A stretch of 62,819 bases of DNA, filler included, from Choristocarpus tenellus KU-1152 (lineage: Eukaryota > Protista > Phaeophyceae): NCBI GenBank assembly GCA_964200185.2. It is 9 parts of 9 records of this genome, joined end to end, with 100 filler letters (N's around TTAATTAATTAA, not from the genome) between each part and the next. Parts side by side here need not be neighbours in the genome. Positions count along the whole stretch, not along the records: positions 9,907 to 18,463 come from CAXNAD020004588.1; positions 18,564 to 26,341 come from CAXNAD020005593.1; 7 more parts are not named here. One strand, written 5' to 3'. Of this stretch, positions 13,001 to 24,500 are shown piece after piece. The notes under the pieces were generated by a model. It made no database searches. It was not told the DNA's origin and worked only from the letters and a program-made list of their open reading frames with translations. Within the stretch, counting starts at the first letter, position 1. The number at the start of each line of letters is the position of its first letter. Position numbers and translations under genes: made by a program.

Positions 13001-16000
13001 AATTGATTCCATCAGTGGGACCGGTACTGTGAACTGAGAACCAGATCTGGACTGGGTATCCAACACTGTTCCACAAGCAAAGCTCAATCCAGACCTAGGC
13101 CCAATGCTGCACCCTTAGACCAGAACCCAAAGCCATCACTTTTCAAAAAGTAGAGACCTTGTGGAAAAGCTTGGTAGTTTTCTCACCAGTCTCACGAGGG
13201 TTATGACTTGCCAAAAAGGCTGACACCAGCAGATACAGTGTATTGCGAGGAAGGTCCAGGTCGATCGACAAACCAGGACGATCAGCACCTGATTAGTGTG
13301 AGATAAGTGTGAGGTAAGTGTGTGATTAGTGTGAGATAAGTGTGAGATAAGTGTGTGATTAGTGTGAGATTAGTGTGAGATAAGTGTGTGATTAGTGTGA
13401 GATTAGTGTGAGATAAGTGTGTGATTAGTGTGAGATTAGTGTGAGATAAGTGTGTGATTAGTGTGAGATTAGTGTGAGATAAGTGTGTGATTAGTGCGAC
13501 CGTTTTGGGAAAGAATTTTTTAAAGGACGAGGTAATGTTGATACGAATTGTGATCATATCCAACAAGAAAGGTACTTCAACATGCATACATTCGTTGTCA
13601 ACAAAGTTTAACCTACTAGTGACATAGATCAGAAAGGAAAACATGAGCATCTCTTCCCTTGTTCCCTTATTGCTTAGGGCTAGGGTTAAGAATCCCAGTT
13701 TGAAGCACAATTTTCTTACACACATCATGCAGACATAATTGCAGGTGGTGGTAAGGGATATACATATTGAAACCAAAAATACCCAACAAAATAACGACTA
13801 GTAGAGTATTTCAACATCGGTGAGGGGGGAGGTTAGGGTTAGGGTGACAAGTACATGTGATGGGGGAGGTAAACGACGAAGATGCCATTTGTGAGCGTCA
13901 ACAACTAGAGGTAATGTAATAACTTGCCTCATGACATAGCGGTAAGTAGAAGAAAAAGGGAATCACAGGTTAGGGTTAGGGTTAGGGTTAGGGTTAGGAA
14001 ATAGAGACGCAAGTATTCTCAATCAACAGGTGATATGTAGTCCATAGATAAGGAAAACGAAAAAGTGCAGGAAGATGCATAGTAAGAAGAGCTACATGCT
14101 TGAGCTTGCTTCTGACACATTATATATATACTACACTACCCACCAGGAACTGGTAAACAATCCTGTCATGACTCGTACAAGCATCAACAAGATAGCAATT
14201 GTTCCATGTTTTTCATACGAAAAATCATCTTATTCTTCTAATAATTCATTTTATTCTTCTAAACATCCATATTATTCTTCTAATCATTCACATTATTCTT
14301 CCAGACATTCATATTATTCTTCTAATCATTCTGTCATACGATTCAAACCGTCAGCCAGTGCCACAGGATATTGATAACAAATGTGATCTTTAACAATGGA
14401 GATGCAATACAACCCAACAAAAGGATGGGAAAAGGGCGGCTCGACAACACATTGACTCGAACCCTAACCCTAACCCTAACCAACAAAAACGCACTACAGT
14501 AAACATAGTACAAGAACACCTAAATTCGCCACTCCCATCAAAAACCTTCATGCGGCAGGACTTTCATTACGAGGGCCACGCCAAGATTTCCCATCTCAAG
14601 TGAGGGGAAAGGGGGGTTACACAATATGTTCAAACAGTCCCAAAACCACCTACATGTCAAAAAAAATGTCAGGATGTCCAATTACCACTCTAGCACCTCA
14701 CTCCTCCATTCCTCCTATTAATAGGTTGAGCAATCACTTCCAGTCAATCGCACAAAACTCTCCTGAAGCAACCATAGACAATATCCGCAAGATCTCCATC
14801 AACAATAACCCTAACCCTAATAGTTCAACAGTATCTTGTACAGACAAGCTAAATCTTGCAGACAACAAATCCTCAACACCATATCACATAAAATCATTCA
14901 AACCAAAAATATGGGGTTGTAACTTATAGTGGGTCTGTCTTTAGGTCAATACATGAAATGAGTAGGGGTTAGGGTTTAGGGTTGGCTTAGGGTTAGGCCA
15001 CTACATGAAATGAGTTAGGGTTAGGTTAGGGTTAAGCCACTACATGAAATGTTGTAATATATAGTAAGTCCTATGTTAGGCCAGTGCATGAAATGAGGTA
15101 GGGTTAACCCTAACCTAACCCTAAACCCTAACATAGAGTAGATCTGTCGTTAGGCCACTATACGACATGAGTTAGGGTTAGGGATAGGGTGAGGGTTAGG
15201 CGACTATGTGAAATGAGATAGGGTTAGGGTTAGAGTTAAGGTGAGGGTTAGGCCACTACATGAAATGAGTTAGGGTTAGGGTTTAGAGTTAGGTCAGGGT
15301 TAGGCCACTACATGAAATGAGAAAAAATATATCTGTAGCTACGTTCCTCCTGGCAATGCACGACCTCAGCAAATAAGATTACCTTCACACCCACACTTAC
15401 CCATTCCACATATGATAAACAAATTTCAAAGTTGTAAAGAAAAACGTATAAAACATATTTATTATATATGTATGTAGTTTCTGTCCTACCCCCTTTCATA
15501 CGATACGCATAACTTTGGAGATAACTTTGGAGATGACTTTGGACATAATGTATTGCACGAATAAGGGCTACGGTCATAAAGCTCTATAAGGTAATGCATA
15601 CATAACTTTCTTTTTTGGGGGGGGGGGGAGGGAGGGAAATTTAACAAAAAAATAGATATGATACCTACACACTCCAGAGTATAGACATTTCAAGGAATAT
15701 GTTACCCCTCCATCTGATACAAAATTACAGATCAATGTTATACACAATGTCAGCTACACACAATGTCAGTTCGTTCACACCGAAGATCATTGAATAAACT
15801 TAGGGTTAGGGTTACAACCTTTTCACAAGCAAACAACACCAAACACTATCAGAAAAAGGATATGTTTGAGTCGACTGGTCAAGCCGGTACCGATATCTAT
15901 CACATCATTGTAGTCACCACAATCGTATTTCTCTCCCCTCTACATGTTTTCCTTTCTCACCAATACTTGATGTCCAGGCAGTCGGATCGAGTACCCCAGG

Positions 16001-18031
16001 GGTGAAGTCCTGTTCGCAGGCAGGGTCAGTTCATACATTTACTTTTAGGGTTAGGGTTAGGGTGAGTTCATATATTTACTATTCAAGCTGTTACATAAAT
16101 GAGAACTACACCAAGAAAGCATTGAAATTGAGTAAATAGGTGAGTTGGATCATTCCTCAATCCCAGCAGGTAGAGCTAGGACACAGCAAGAGCTATATAT
16201 ATGTACCCTGCCCTTCCTTACAAAAACAGTACCTCCATTCCCTAACCCTAACACCTATTCAAGAAATTGAATACACTTTAATCCCCCCCCCCCTGCCTGA
16301 CTCTTTCGCACTCCCTGCCCAAAACTCAACGGAGGGCAATGCAAGGGCACCCTCTTGTACTCTGGAGTGGTTGCTTTTCCTTACCTGATGAAAGCACTTT
16401 GTCGTCTCATCAAGGTACGGCTTGATCCCTGCTCTCAGCTCACGTTCATCTTTGGGTGTTGGAAAGGGGCGCACAACAGAGGATTTACAGGCAAAGACAA
16501 ACATTTTGGACATTAACAAAAGTATGCCAAAGAGAGATACTGACATTTAACATTGAGAGGGCATCGGATATTAACATGTGAAGGAGAGATACTGACATTT
16601 AACATTGAGAGAGCATCGGATGTTAACATGTGGTGAAAGAGAGATACTGACATTTAACATTGAGAGAGCATCGGATGTTAACATGTGGTGAAAGAGAGAT
16701 ACTGGCAATTAACATTGAGAGGGCATCGGATGTTAACATGTGGTGAAAGAGAGACACTGACATTTAACATTGAGAGGGCATCGGATGTTAACATGTGGTG
16801 AAAGAGAGATACTGACATTTAACATTGAGAGAGCATCGGATGTTAACATGTGGTGAAAGAGAGATACTGGCATTTAACATTGAGAGGGTATCGGATGTCG
16901 CAGAGTGAACTACAATTCACCTGGCTTATTTTTGCTAAATCCCCTCTCGCCACCGAGGGTTAGGGTTAGGGTTAGGGTGCGAATGGCTCATCTGCCCCTT
17001 TGACTAAGGGGAAGGGGTAACCAATGGGTGGGAGCGGGGGTGGGTACCTGTAAGATCTTTTAGAGGTGAATCAACTATAGTACCCATACAAGAGCACCCT
17101 GTAGAAGAACCAAATCAAACAGGAATGTGATGTAAAAAAATACAGATGAATAACATACGTTAAGATAAAACGTATCAACTATTTCGAAGTAATCAAGAAG
17201 AAGAGACTGTACTCCAAAAACAATCATGTCAGACACTTCAGCAAATCGTTGTAGTAGTGTCCACCTCTACAGAAGCAGGTCTACAAATGTCTCTTGTTCT
17301 TTGAAGTACTAAAATCCAATTCCAACCCAAAATGATCCTAAGTAGAGCCCTAACCCTAATGCTAACTTCGAGTCCAACCTGACATTAAACCTCCTCCCTC
17401 CTGGTTTCCCCTCCCTCTAATTCCCCCACTCTCAGAAACCTGTAACCTCTGACCCCAAACCCCCAAACAATAATACAACATCTCCAGTTTGAACCCAAAC
17501 CTTGACCCGACTTTCAATAGTCCCCCCCCCACACACCACTTCTCTCTCTCTCTCTCTCTCTCTCTCAACCTTCACCTCTCTGTGCTGTCCTCAAATACCT
17601 CAAGGTCTAATTCTAACCCAAACCCTAATAACCACAAACAAATATCTCACTCTCATTTCAAACCCACTCCATTCTCTCTCCTCCCTCCACTACAAGACAC
17701 ACACCTATCCCACTCTCTAGCATTTCCCGGTAGATTGGCCACAGCTTAGAGAGCTCTCGCCCCAGCCGGCGCAAGTCCCTGCATTCGTTTCTCAACGTGG
17801 ACACCAACTGTCCCGCCAGCTTCTTGAATGCCTTGTGACCTTCCCCTTCCTTCTCCCACCCACGTGCCTCTCCCCCCCTCTCCTCCCCATCAGTCGTACA
17901 GTTGGCAATGCCCTCCCCCAGCCCCCATTGTGCTGGCGCCGAAGCAGCAAGGGCAGTCACGGCTCTGGGGCTGTCACATCTCCCTCTCTTTACACCAACC
18001 CGGGGTGCGCTCAAGTCAAGCCCGAACGATC
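10015..18031 (-). CDS. ORC5: Origin recognition complex subunit 5 (lid and winged-helix region; partial at both ends)
   Basis: Exons 18031-17705, 16449-16385, 16009-15961, 13288-13187, 11634-11540 and 10146-10015 join in phase: ECRDLRRL...LWPIY...DERELRAGIKPYL...DLPRNTLYLLVSAFLASHNPRETD...PKVFPLERLLSIL...AELFSQ, matching the ORC5 motifs CRDL, LP..SK.+LIAA+LAS.NP and P..FPL+RLL.I. Confidence 0.9.
10965..11013. repeat. 18-bp tandem repeat, about 3 copies
   Basis: GATGCATTTCAATGA(T/G)GT units. Confidence 0.75.
11829..12094 (+). mobile_element. MITE family A, complete diverged copy in an ORC5 intron
   Basis: GAGTGAAATTATCTTAGAGGGTA ... TACCCTTTAGGATACCTTGACTC; flanks AAA / CAA. Confidence 0.85.
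13289..13497. repeat. 33-bp minisatellite (11-bp subunits), about 6 copies, abutting an ORC5 splice acceptor
   Basis: GATTAGTGTGA-GATAAGTGTGT-GATTAGTGTGA units. Confidence 0.92.
14225..14332. repeat. 21-bp tandem repeat, about 5 copies
   Basis: TATTCTTCTAATCATTCATAT-like units. Confidence 0.8.
14941..15321 (+). repeat. Compound array: 8 copies of a 22-bp core separated by variable, mostly telomeric spacers
   Basis: TTAGGCCACTACATGAAATGAG-like cores at 14941, 14993, 15032, 15076, 15150, 15196, 15248 and 15300. Confidence 0.88.
16531..16898. repeat. 55-bp minisatellite, about 6.7 copies
   Basis: GAGAGATACTGACATTTAACATTGAGAG(A/G)GCATCGGATGTTAACATGTGGTGAAA units. Confidence 0.93.
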
Positions 18032-18088
18032 CTGCAGTTCGCAAGAGAACCGCTGGTAGCTCCTCCTAAGGGGATTCATGATACATCG

Positions 18089-18195
18089 AGAAGGTTGTAC
18101 GTGGATCAACCACAAGAAGGTTGTACATGGATCAACCACAAGAAGGTTGTACATGGATCAACCACAAGAAGGTTGGATGTGGGTCAACCACGAGA
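18089..18195. repeat. 26-bp tandem repeat, 4 copies, each with an internal inverted repeat
   Basis: AGAAGGTTGTACATGGATCAACCACA at 18089, 18115, 18141 and 18167. Confidence 0.9.
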
Positions 18196-18384
18196 AAGTT
18201 CCTTTTGGGGATCGCAAGAAGCAAGTTCGCCCTCTAGCACATCTTCTCAATCCGGCCTTAACCCGAGCACACTCAATACAACTCCACCCCACTCCGATCC
18301 TATACCTCCACCCCCTCTCCTCCGACACTCACCTTAATATAATATTGTTACCTGTAACTCAGAATCATACACTAGAGGAAAATA

Positions 18385-18463
18385 GGCCCAAAGTATCTGG
18401 GGGGGGGGGGGGGGTTAGGTTTAGAGTTTTGGGGTGATTTGGTTGCATAAGTCAGATGGATAG
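18385..18463 (-). mobile_element. MITE family B, partial, at contig end
   Basis: GGCCCAAAGTATCTG(G)n ... GGTGATTTGGTTGCATAAGTCAGATGGATA, the reverse complement of the B body. Confidence 0.75.
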
Positions 18464-18599
18464 NNNNNNNNNNNNNNNNNNNNNNNNNNNNNNNNNNNNN
18501 NNNNNNNTTAATTAATTAANNNNNNNNNNNNNNNNNNNNNNNNNNNNNNNNNNNNNNNNNNNNACAAAAAGGGGGGTGATGGAGGGAGAGGGGGGGGGG

Positions 18600-18789
18600 G
18601 GGGTGGAGGTGGTGGGGGGGGGGGGGGGGGGGTCTACACCAGGGTGTCCATTTGGGTCAAAATCAGGAAAAAAAGTGCACTTACATTATTATCCATCCGA
18701 CGTATGCAACCAAATAACCCAAAAATTGTGACATGAAAAATATGTACCCCAAATGGACAGCCGCCATCTCCCCCCAGATACTTTGACCC
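18600..18789 (+). mobile_element. MITE family B, left terminus lost at contig start
   Basis: GTCTACACCAGGGTGTCCATTTGGG ... CCCAAATGGACAG...CCCAGATACTTTGACCC. Confidence 0.85.
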
Positions 18790-18899
18790 CGATAATAAAA
18801 TCCATCACGATTGAGTAAAGATACTTTTTGCAACATACAAGAAGACACGCCTCTTCTTGACCACTTCTTCTGGGGATCATTATAATGCAATCGTGTACA

Positions 18900-20100
18900 C
18901 CTCTCAGTAGTTGGGAGTGACTCAATTGATCAGAAGGATACTAGAGAAAAGTGTGAGAAGTGATCGAATGGTAGCGTTCAGGCATGGTATGGAAGAGGTA
19001 GGGTTCGCTCTAATAAAGTGCAAGGTCTGAAAGGAATCTGGGTTTTCTATGATCAGACGAGAGTAAGCAGGAGGCCGTAGTTAAGTTAATAAACTTTTGG
19101 TGAAGAGGAGTTCAGAGAAGAAAGAACATGTTTTTTTTGTCCTTCTACTAAAACTCTATACTAAATTCAAACAATACTGGCATGGACAACCGCCCATACT
19201 TAAGAGTGAGACAGTATCTAGATTCATCTTTCTGAGTGACATTAAATTCAAAGTTGTGCAGAACCGAAGTTTTGCGTATGTGTACTCAGGAGTATATATC
19301 TTGGCCCATCAATTGATCTAATTTGCCTGTCTGATCGCTCATCTTAGCAACTAGGTTATAGACATGTGAAGACCTTACGCACTTAAATAAACTGTAGTAG
19401 ACTATTGGTAGTGTGATATACACTTGTTCAAAATCTTGGAATGGCCGAACATGGATAACGGCATAATAAGTTCAATTTCAAGGTATTCAAGATGGTTGTT
19501 GAAAGATCAATGTAACCAATTTTCCGATTAATGATTACTTGTTCTATGACCTCTCTTTGACGGCTAGAAGAGTAGGTTTAGGAACTACACCAGAAAAGGG
19601 GTTTGGGTAGGAAGAGAGGAGCAGATCATGCGATAGGAAGGCAAGAAACTTTGTTAAGCTTTGATAATACAGTAGCATCCACAAGAGGAGCAATTCCACG
19701 TTATAGTGATGAAAGTTGTAGAGGTAGAAATTGATTGGTATGTACTGGGTATGATTGGAGGAAATAAGAACGTTGGGTTTGCCCAACAGACTTCAGAGTG
19801 GGACAGGGCATAAGAGTGACAAAGTTTCGTGTTCCCATGATGTACTCATGATGATATTGATAAATAGCTTGCAAGACTATTAATTCTCCAATACAACCAC
19901 AACCATTACATCGCTACTGAGCAACCCACACAATATTAAATTACCAAACCAGAAGAGGCGGGGAATTGCAATTAGCCCTGTTGTAGAAATGCATATCAAG
20001 CCAAGGCTTATGATAGGAGAGCCTTCAGACTTGTCTATTAACGATGTCAGAAGTGGAATGTAGAAATCGGTCTGTCGTAAGGAGAGACAATAATAGGAGA
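18900..20100 (-). mobile_element. Heavily decayed Penelope-like retroelement RT relic (tentative)
   Basis: Degenerate motifs in RT order on the minus strand, across several frames with stops: IDKSEG (~20030), YAL (~19810), SSYPN (~19610), RSIDG (~19310), NFEFNV (~19245), F**K..NMFFL (~19145). Confidence 0.35.
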
Positions 20101-21578
20101 AGGGTTGAAGAAGTTTACAATAGGACCGAAGAGAGAAATCGATTCAGGTAAAGGTCAATTTTGGCGTGCGAAGGGAGACCAAAGTGGGATAGAGCAATAA
20201 GGTGCAGGACTTATGAGGTAGGAGAGAGAAATCTTTGGGTTGGGGTCCTTTTTGCATACAGTAGGATAGGAGGGACAACTTGGTGGGCAGAAATATGAAC
20301 ACCTTAGTTAACGATTCAGTATGAGGGGACATGTATGTTCGACTTCTATGAAGGTTGTGTTGCTACATCAAGCATTACCTACCTGTTGATGGTACGTCAG
20401 CATCAAAGCACGAGATGTGGGAGGGAACATGACCAAAAAGGGGGAGAGAAAAGAAATGATAATAAGATCCAATTTTTCTTGAGCAAAGGTAAGACACACA
20501 CAAAGTACAGAACAAGAAAAAAAATCTAAGCAGAGAAGAAAAACATGATTAGATACGATACTCAGAATTTCCCCCATCGGTCATTCCTGACATTATCATG
20601 CCTCGCCTGCGAGTCATCACTGCTCCCAGAAAAACCGCTACTTGAGGCCGCCACATCTCTGTTCCTTTGGTCCTTGGCACCCTACGTATTACATCTTTGA
20701 ACCACAGAGAAAGAGTCTTTTCTCAATTGTGGCGTCAATTTGTGTTTGGAAAGGGGGAATATCAATTTTGCGTACACTATTATGGACAAAAAACATCGAA
20801 ATTGAATGTATTGCAGAGGGTAAGAAATATGGCTTATAGTAGTGCAAAAGAGTCCAAACTTGCCTACCTCCCAATTGGTTTTGCCTCACAAATGCTGGGG
20901 GGAGAGCTACCCTTCCACAATATGTGAAATTTGTGTCAGGAAGAGAAAGCACTACTAGTAATGAGATAGGGGTGTGATGCTGGGGGCAGCACACAACACG
21001 ACATCCCGCCTATGGATAGGTAGAACAGGCCGAGGACTCTGTCTGGGCGACACGACCAATGATAGCAAAGTATTCAAGCAATTGTACACATCTGGGTAGT
21101 ATTGGGTATAATAGTAGGGCATTACAATGGTGGACCACAGTATACCATCCATAGCAGGAAATCACGTCCTGTCACCTTGCATACTTCGTAAGTATGCAAA
21201 GATTAATGCTGGTTCTAAACTGCAGTGATTTTTTTCATACTTACCTTTAAGAAATGGGTTCAATATTATGTGTATCATTATTCGAACAGATCCCAACACA
21301 CAACTACATTCAGGAAGGTTCATACCTGATCAACATACTTCCTAAGAAAATCCCCTTTTCCAAAGTTTCCACAGATTTTTTTCGCCATCCAAACAAACAT
21401 TATTTAGTAGTGTTATATGGGGAGGTGGTGGTGTAGATTTTGTTCAGTAATTTGAATTCCTCGACCCCCCTCCCTTCATAGTAACAACACACAACAAATT
21501 TGAATTTCTCCACCAAACGCCAAATTATACTGAACGCCTCAAGTTGGTAAATTACTACTTGGCTTCCCAACTCAAGGG

Positions 21579-24500
21579 ATGAGAACTTCGGCGGCAGCGA
21601 TCAAGGCAAGTTCCACCTCGATTTTTCTCCTCCATAGAGTGAGCGTAGTGCATGGCTACCTATCGTATTGTTATTCCGTCCATTATCATGTTTCGGGTTA
21701 CAAATGACTTGTCCAGCATGCTCAACTTGCACGCTCTCTTCTCGTCCCTTTCCCTCTTCCCCTCTCATCAGACTGCAGCTGAGATAAGGAAATCCCTAGC
21801 TGATCATGGAGTTCATCTTCGCGAGGGGTGGATCACTCAGTGTCTGGATGATGTATGCTCTAACACAAGAGGAGGTCGGGGTCATCAGATTCCCGCCTCT
21901 GAGGACCCCGAGGAGTTGGTTTACCAGGTCTTTTTGACCTGTGACCTTCGAGAAGCCGGGGAAGGCTGCCTCCCCGCAGGAATTAGTGACATGGTCAAGC
22001 AGACCGTCCATGGAAAGTTCGTCGTTCAGGCAAGATGATCCTAGATGCCAACACTCAGTCCATCGGATAGGTCTTTCGAGATACCTAATACTAGGTGGAT
22101 CATGTGTGCTCAGCTGGTGGTGTGGGTATAAATGGGTGTGATAGGTAAACAGTTATAACTAACCAGTTACATTAACTTTCTCTGCGCACCACTCCCTCTC
22201 GTATGCTCTCGGCCTTTCTACGCGACAGGTGGAGAACGCCAAAGACATCGCCAAGAATTTCGAGCAGAGGGAAGGCGAGTCCTCCCACCATACACTCAAA
22301 CTAGCCCTAGGGGATGGGAGACAAACGGTGAGATTGGTGGGGTATGTACACCTTTGCAATGAAAATAGGCTACTCGGGATGAGTTCCTGGTCCTTGGCTG
22401 AAACTGTGATCCTAGCTACTGCGCAAACGCACCGTAATCTGCTGTGGGTCTCACCCACCAACACAACCAAACATATCTTTCCCATCATGTAGGCTGTACA
22501 TTTCCATGCACAGTCGAGCATACTATCCTATATGAGAGTATGTTGTGAGAATTGAGCAAAATTCCATGGTTTCTGAGTTCTTACTGTGTGCTGACCTACA
22601 GCATATACCATAGCAGTCAATACGCTCACTTCATTACTCTGATCACCCTTCCCTTCCCCAGTTGATTTCTTCAACAGGCAACAGATAAATGTGTGCCCTT
22701 GCAGCCCCTTTCAGGCTCCAAGTACTCTTACCTCTGTTCATTTCGTGCTTTGTATCCCTACTGACCTACAACCTGTATGTCCACCCTCGGCAAAGACTCG
22801 TTCCCTCAACAATCGTCCCATTTCAACCTCTGACCCTCATGTGGTCTCTTCCTTCCTTGTGTGTGTGCAGGTCGCAGCACTGGAATATCGCAGAATCCAA
22901 GGGATGACCTCTGAACCTCCCCCAGGGCTGAAACTCCTCATCTCTGGACCCTGGGTGCGAAGGGGTATTCTGCTGCTGTCTGGTGACAACACTGTGGTGC
23001 TGGGAGGGGAGGTAGGTGTCTGCATATTGAATTCGGATTATCTATACTTGTTAATATAGATTTCTATGTATGAACATGCACACACATACACACACACACA
23101 TACATTTATATAGTCCATGGAGTATACCCTTGATGTAGTGGCACAACAGGACTACATATACTGACAGAATTGATCTTGTATCATTGTTTATGGTTCATAG
23201 ATTGATTCAGATTTCAAAGAGAAACCGTTTGCTGTATATTTGGAGGGCGTGTGTTGCAGGCTTGCGTTGCACATGGTAAAGAGCTTGCAGGGGTGGCAGG
23301 GCACACATGGATAGGAGGTGGGAGTGGTGGTAGTTACAAACTGCATCCATTGGGATACGTATTTTCGATAACTTGTATCATTAGCATGTTTCTTGCTTGG
23401 CACGGCCTGATGTCTATTGACACAAATCTCATAATCATGGCCATTCCATGGTGGTAAAAAATCTTTGAGTCATCATTTTGTTCCAGCCCCATTATATTTA
23501 TCCGTCAAAATCTGACTGATTCTTGGCATACCTGGCATACCTGGCATACCTGTGCAAATTGGTACAACCTCTGTAAGCTTTGTTCCTCTTATTGGTGATT
23601 ATCGGTACTTTTTCCACTTCGAGCGTTCGCTTCTATGCACAGACCATGTAGTTTTTCTTTCATTCTGACTTTTCTCGAAGGGCCCTGCTGCTTTTGAACG
23701 TGTATACCCTCCTGTGAGTTGTGCCCTCCTCCCCATGACCCTTTGCTTGCTGTCCATAGTGTCTGCATGCTGAACAAGCATCTTCATTTATGTGCCCATG
23801 TTGACGGTGTAGTGATCCGTCAGCTCTTCATTTATATCACTCTCACCTTGTGAGCTCACCAGACCCTTTTTGTGCACAAACCAACCGTTCTTGATGACGA
23901 AGGGCGATTGAGCAGTGGTAGAGCTGCGTTGATAAGGAGAGCTACGTATTAGCTACGCAACTGTCTTTTACAACCTGATAGGACCTACTATTGTTCCTGA
24001 TTTCATCTGTTCTCGGGACATGGTTGACAAAGAGCTGTATTTCATGCCCCCCTTGGACACGTTGGTTGCCCGGCGAAGGAACCCCCTTGCATTGTTCAAT
24101 AATTCGACTGTTCTCAGGGAGACAAGGAATTAAAGAGCTATTTCATCCCCCCCCCCTTCGCCACCGCCAGAAGTGACTGCAGATGAACATGATTTAAAAT
24201 ATAAATATATATATATATATATATAAAACCCTAACCCTAATTTGATACCGCTGTCTTCGAGGGCAGGTGACCTCCCTAGTGAAAGCCCGTGCCCTGGCCA
24301 GGTCCAAGGCCGTCAAGAAGGGCGCGAATAGGAAATGTGACGAGGCGGTGGATGAAGGCAAGGGCGGAACTTCCAAGGACAACGAGGGTTCAGACAGGAA
24401 CAGAAACAAGAGCGCGAGGGGCTCTTCTCCTTCCAACGGGCGGAAGAGAGACCTCAGGGAGGGAGGTCAATCATGCGGTGGACAGAGCAATGGCAATGAC

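Noticed and set aside
13282-13776. Repetitive ORFs (also 29950-30328, 39781-40137, 41950-42560, 43197-44162) as proteins
   Set aside because: They are translations of intronic mini- and microsatellites
14941-15321. CRISPR array
   Set aside because: Spacers are telomeric and irregular, the core is non-palindromic, the context is a eukaryotic intron and no cas genes are present
18385-18789. A single element spanning the gap with matching TIRs
   Set aside because: The pieces lie on different contigs, both represent the same end of family B, and the flanks show no TSD
21652-21771. ORF-track ATG at 21652 as the RMI1 start
   Set aside because: The segment reads through a pyrimidine tract ending in CAG at 21771 and looks intronic; not excluded without transcripts
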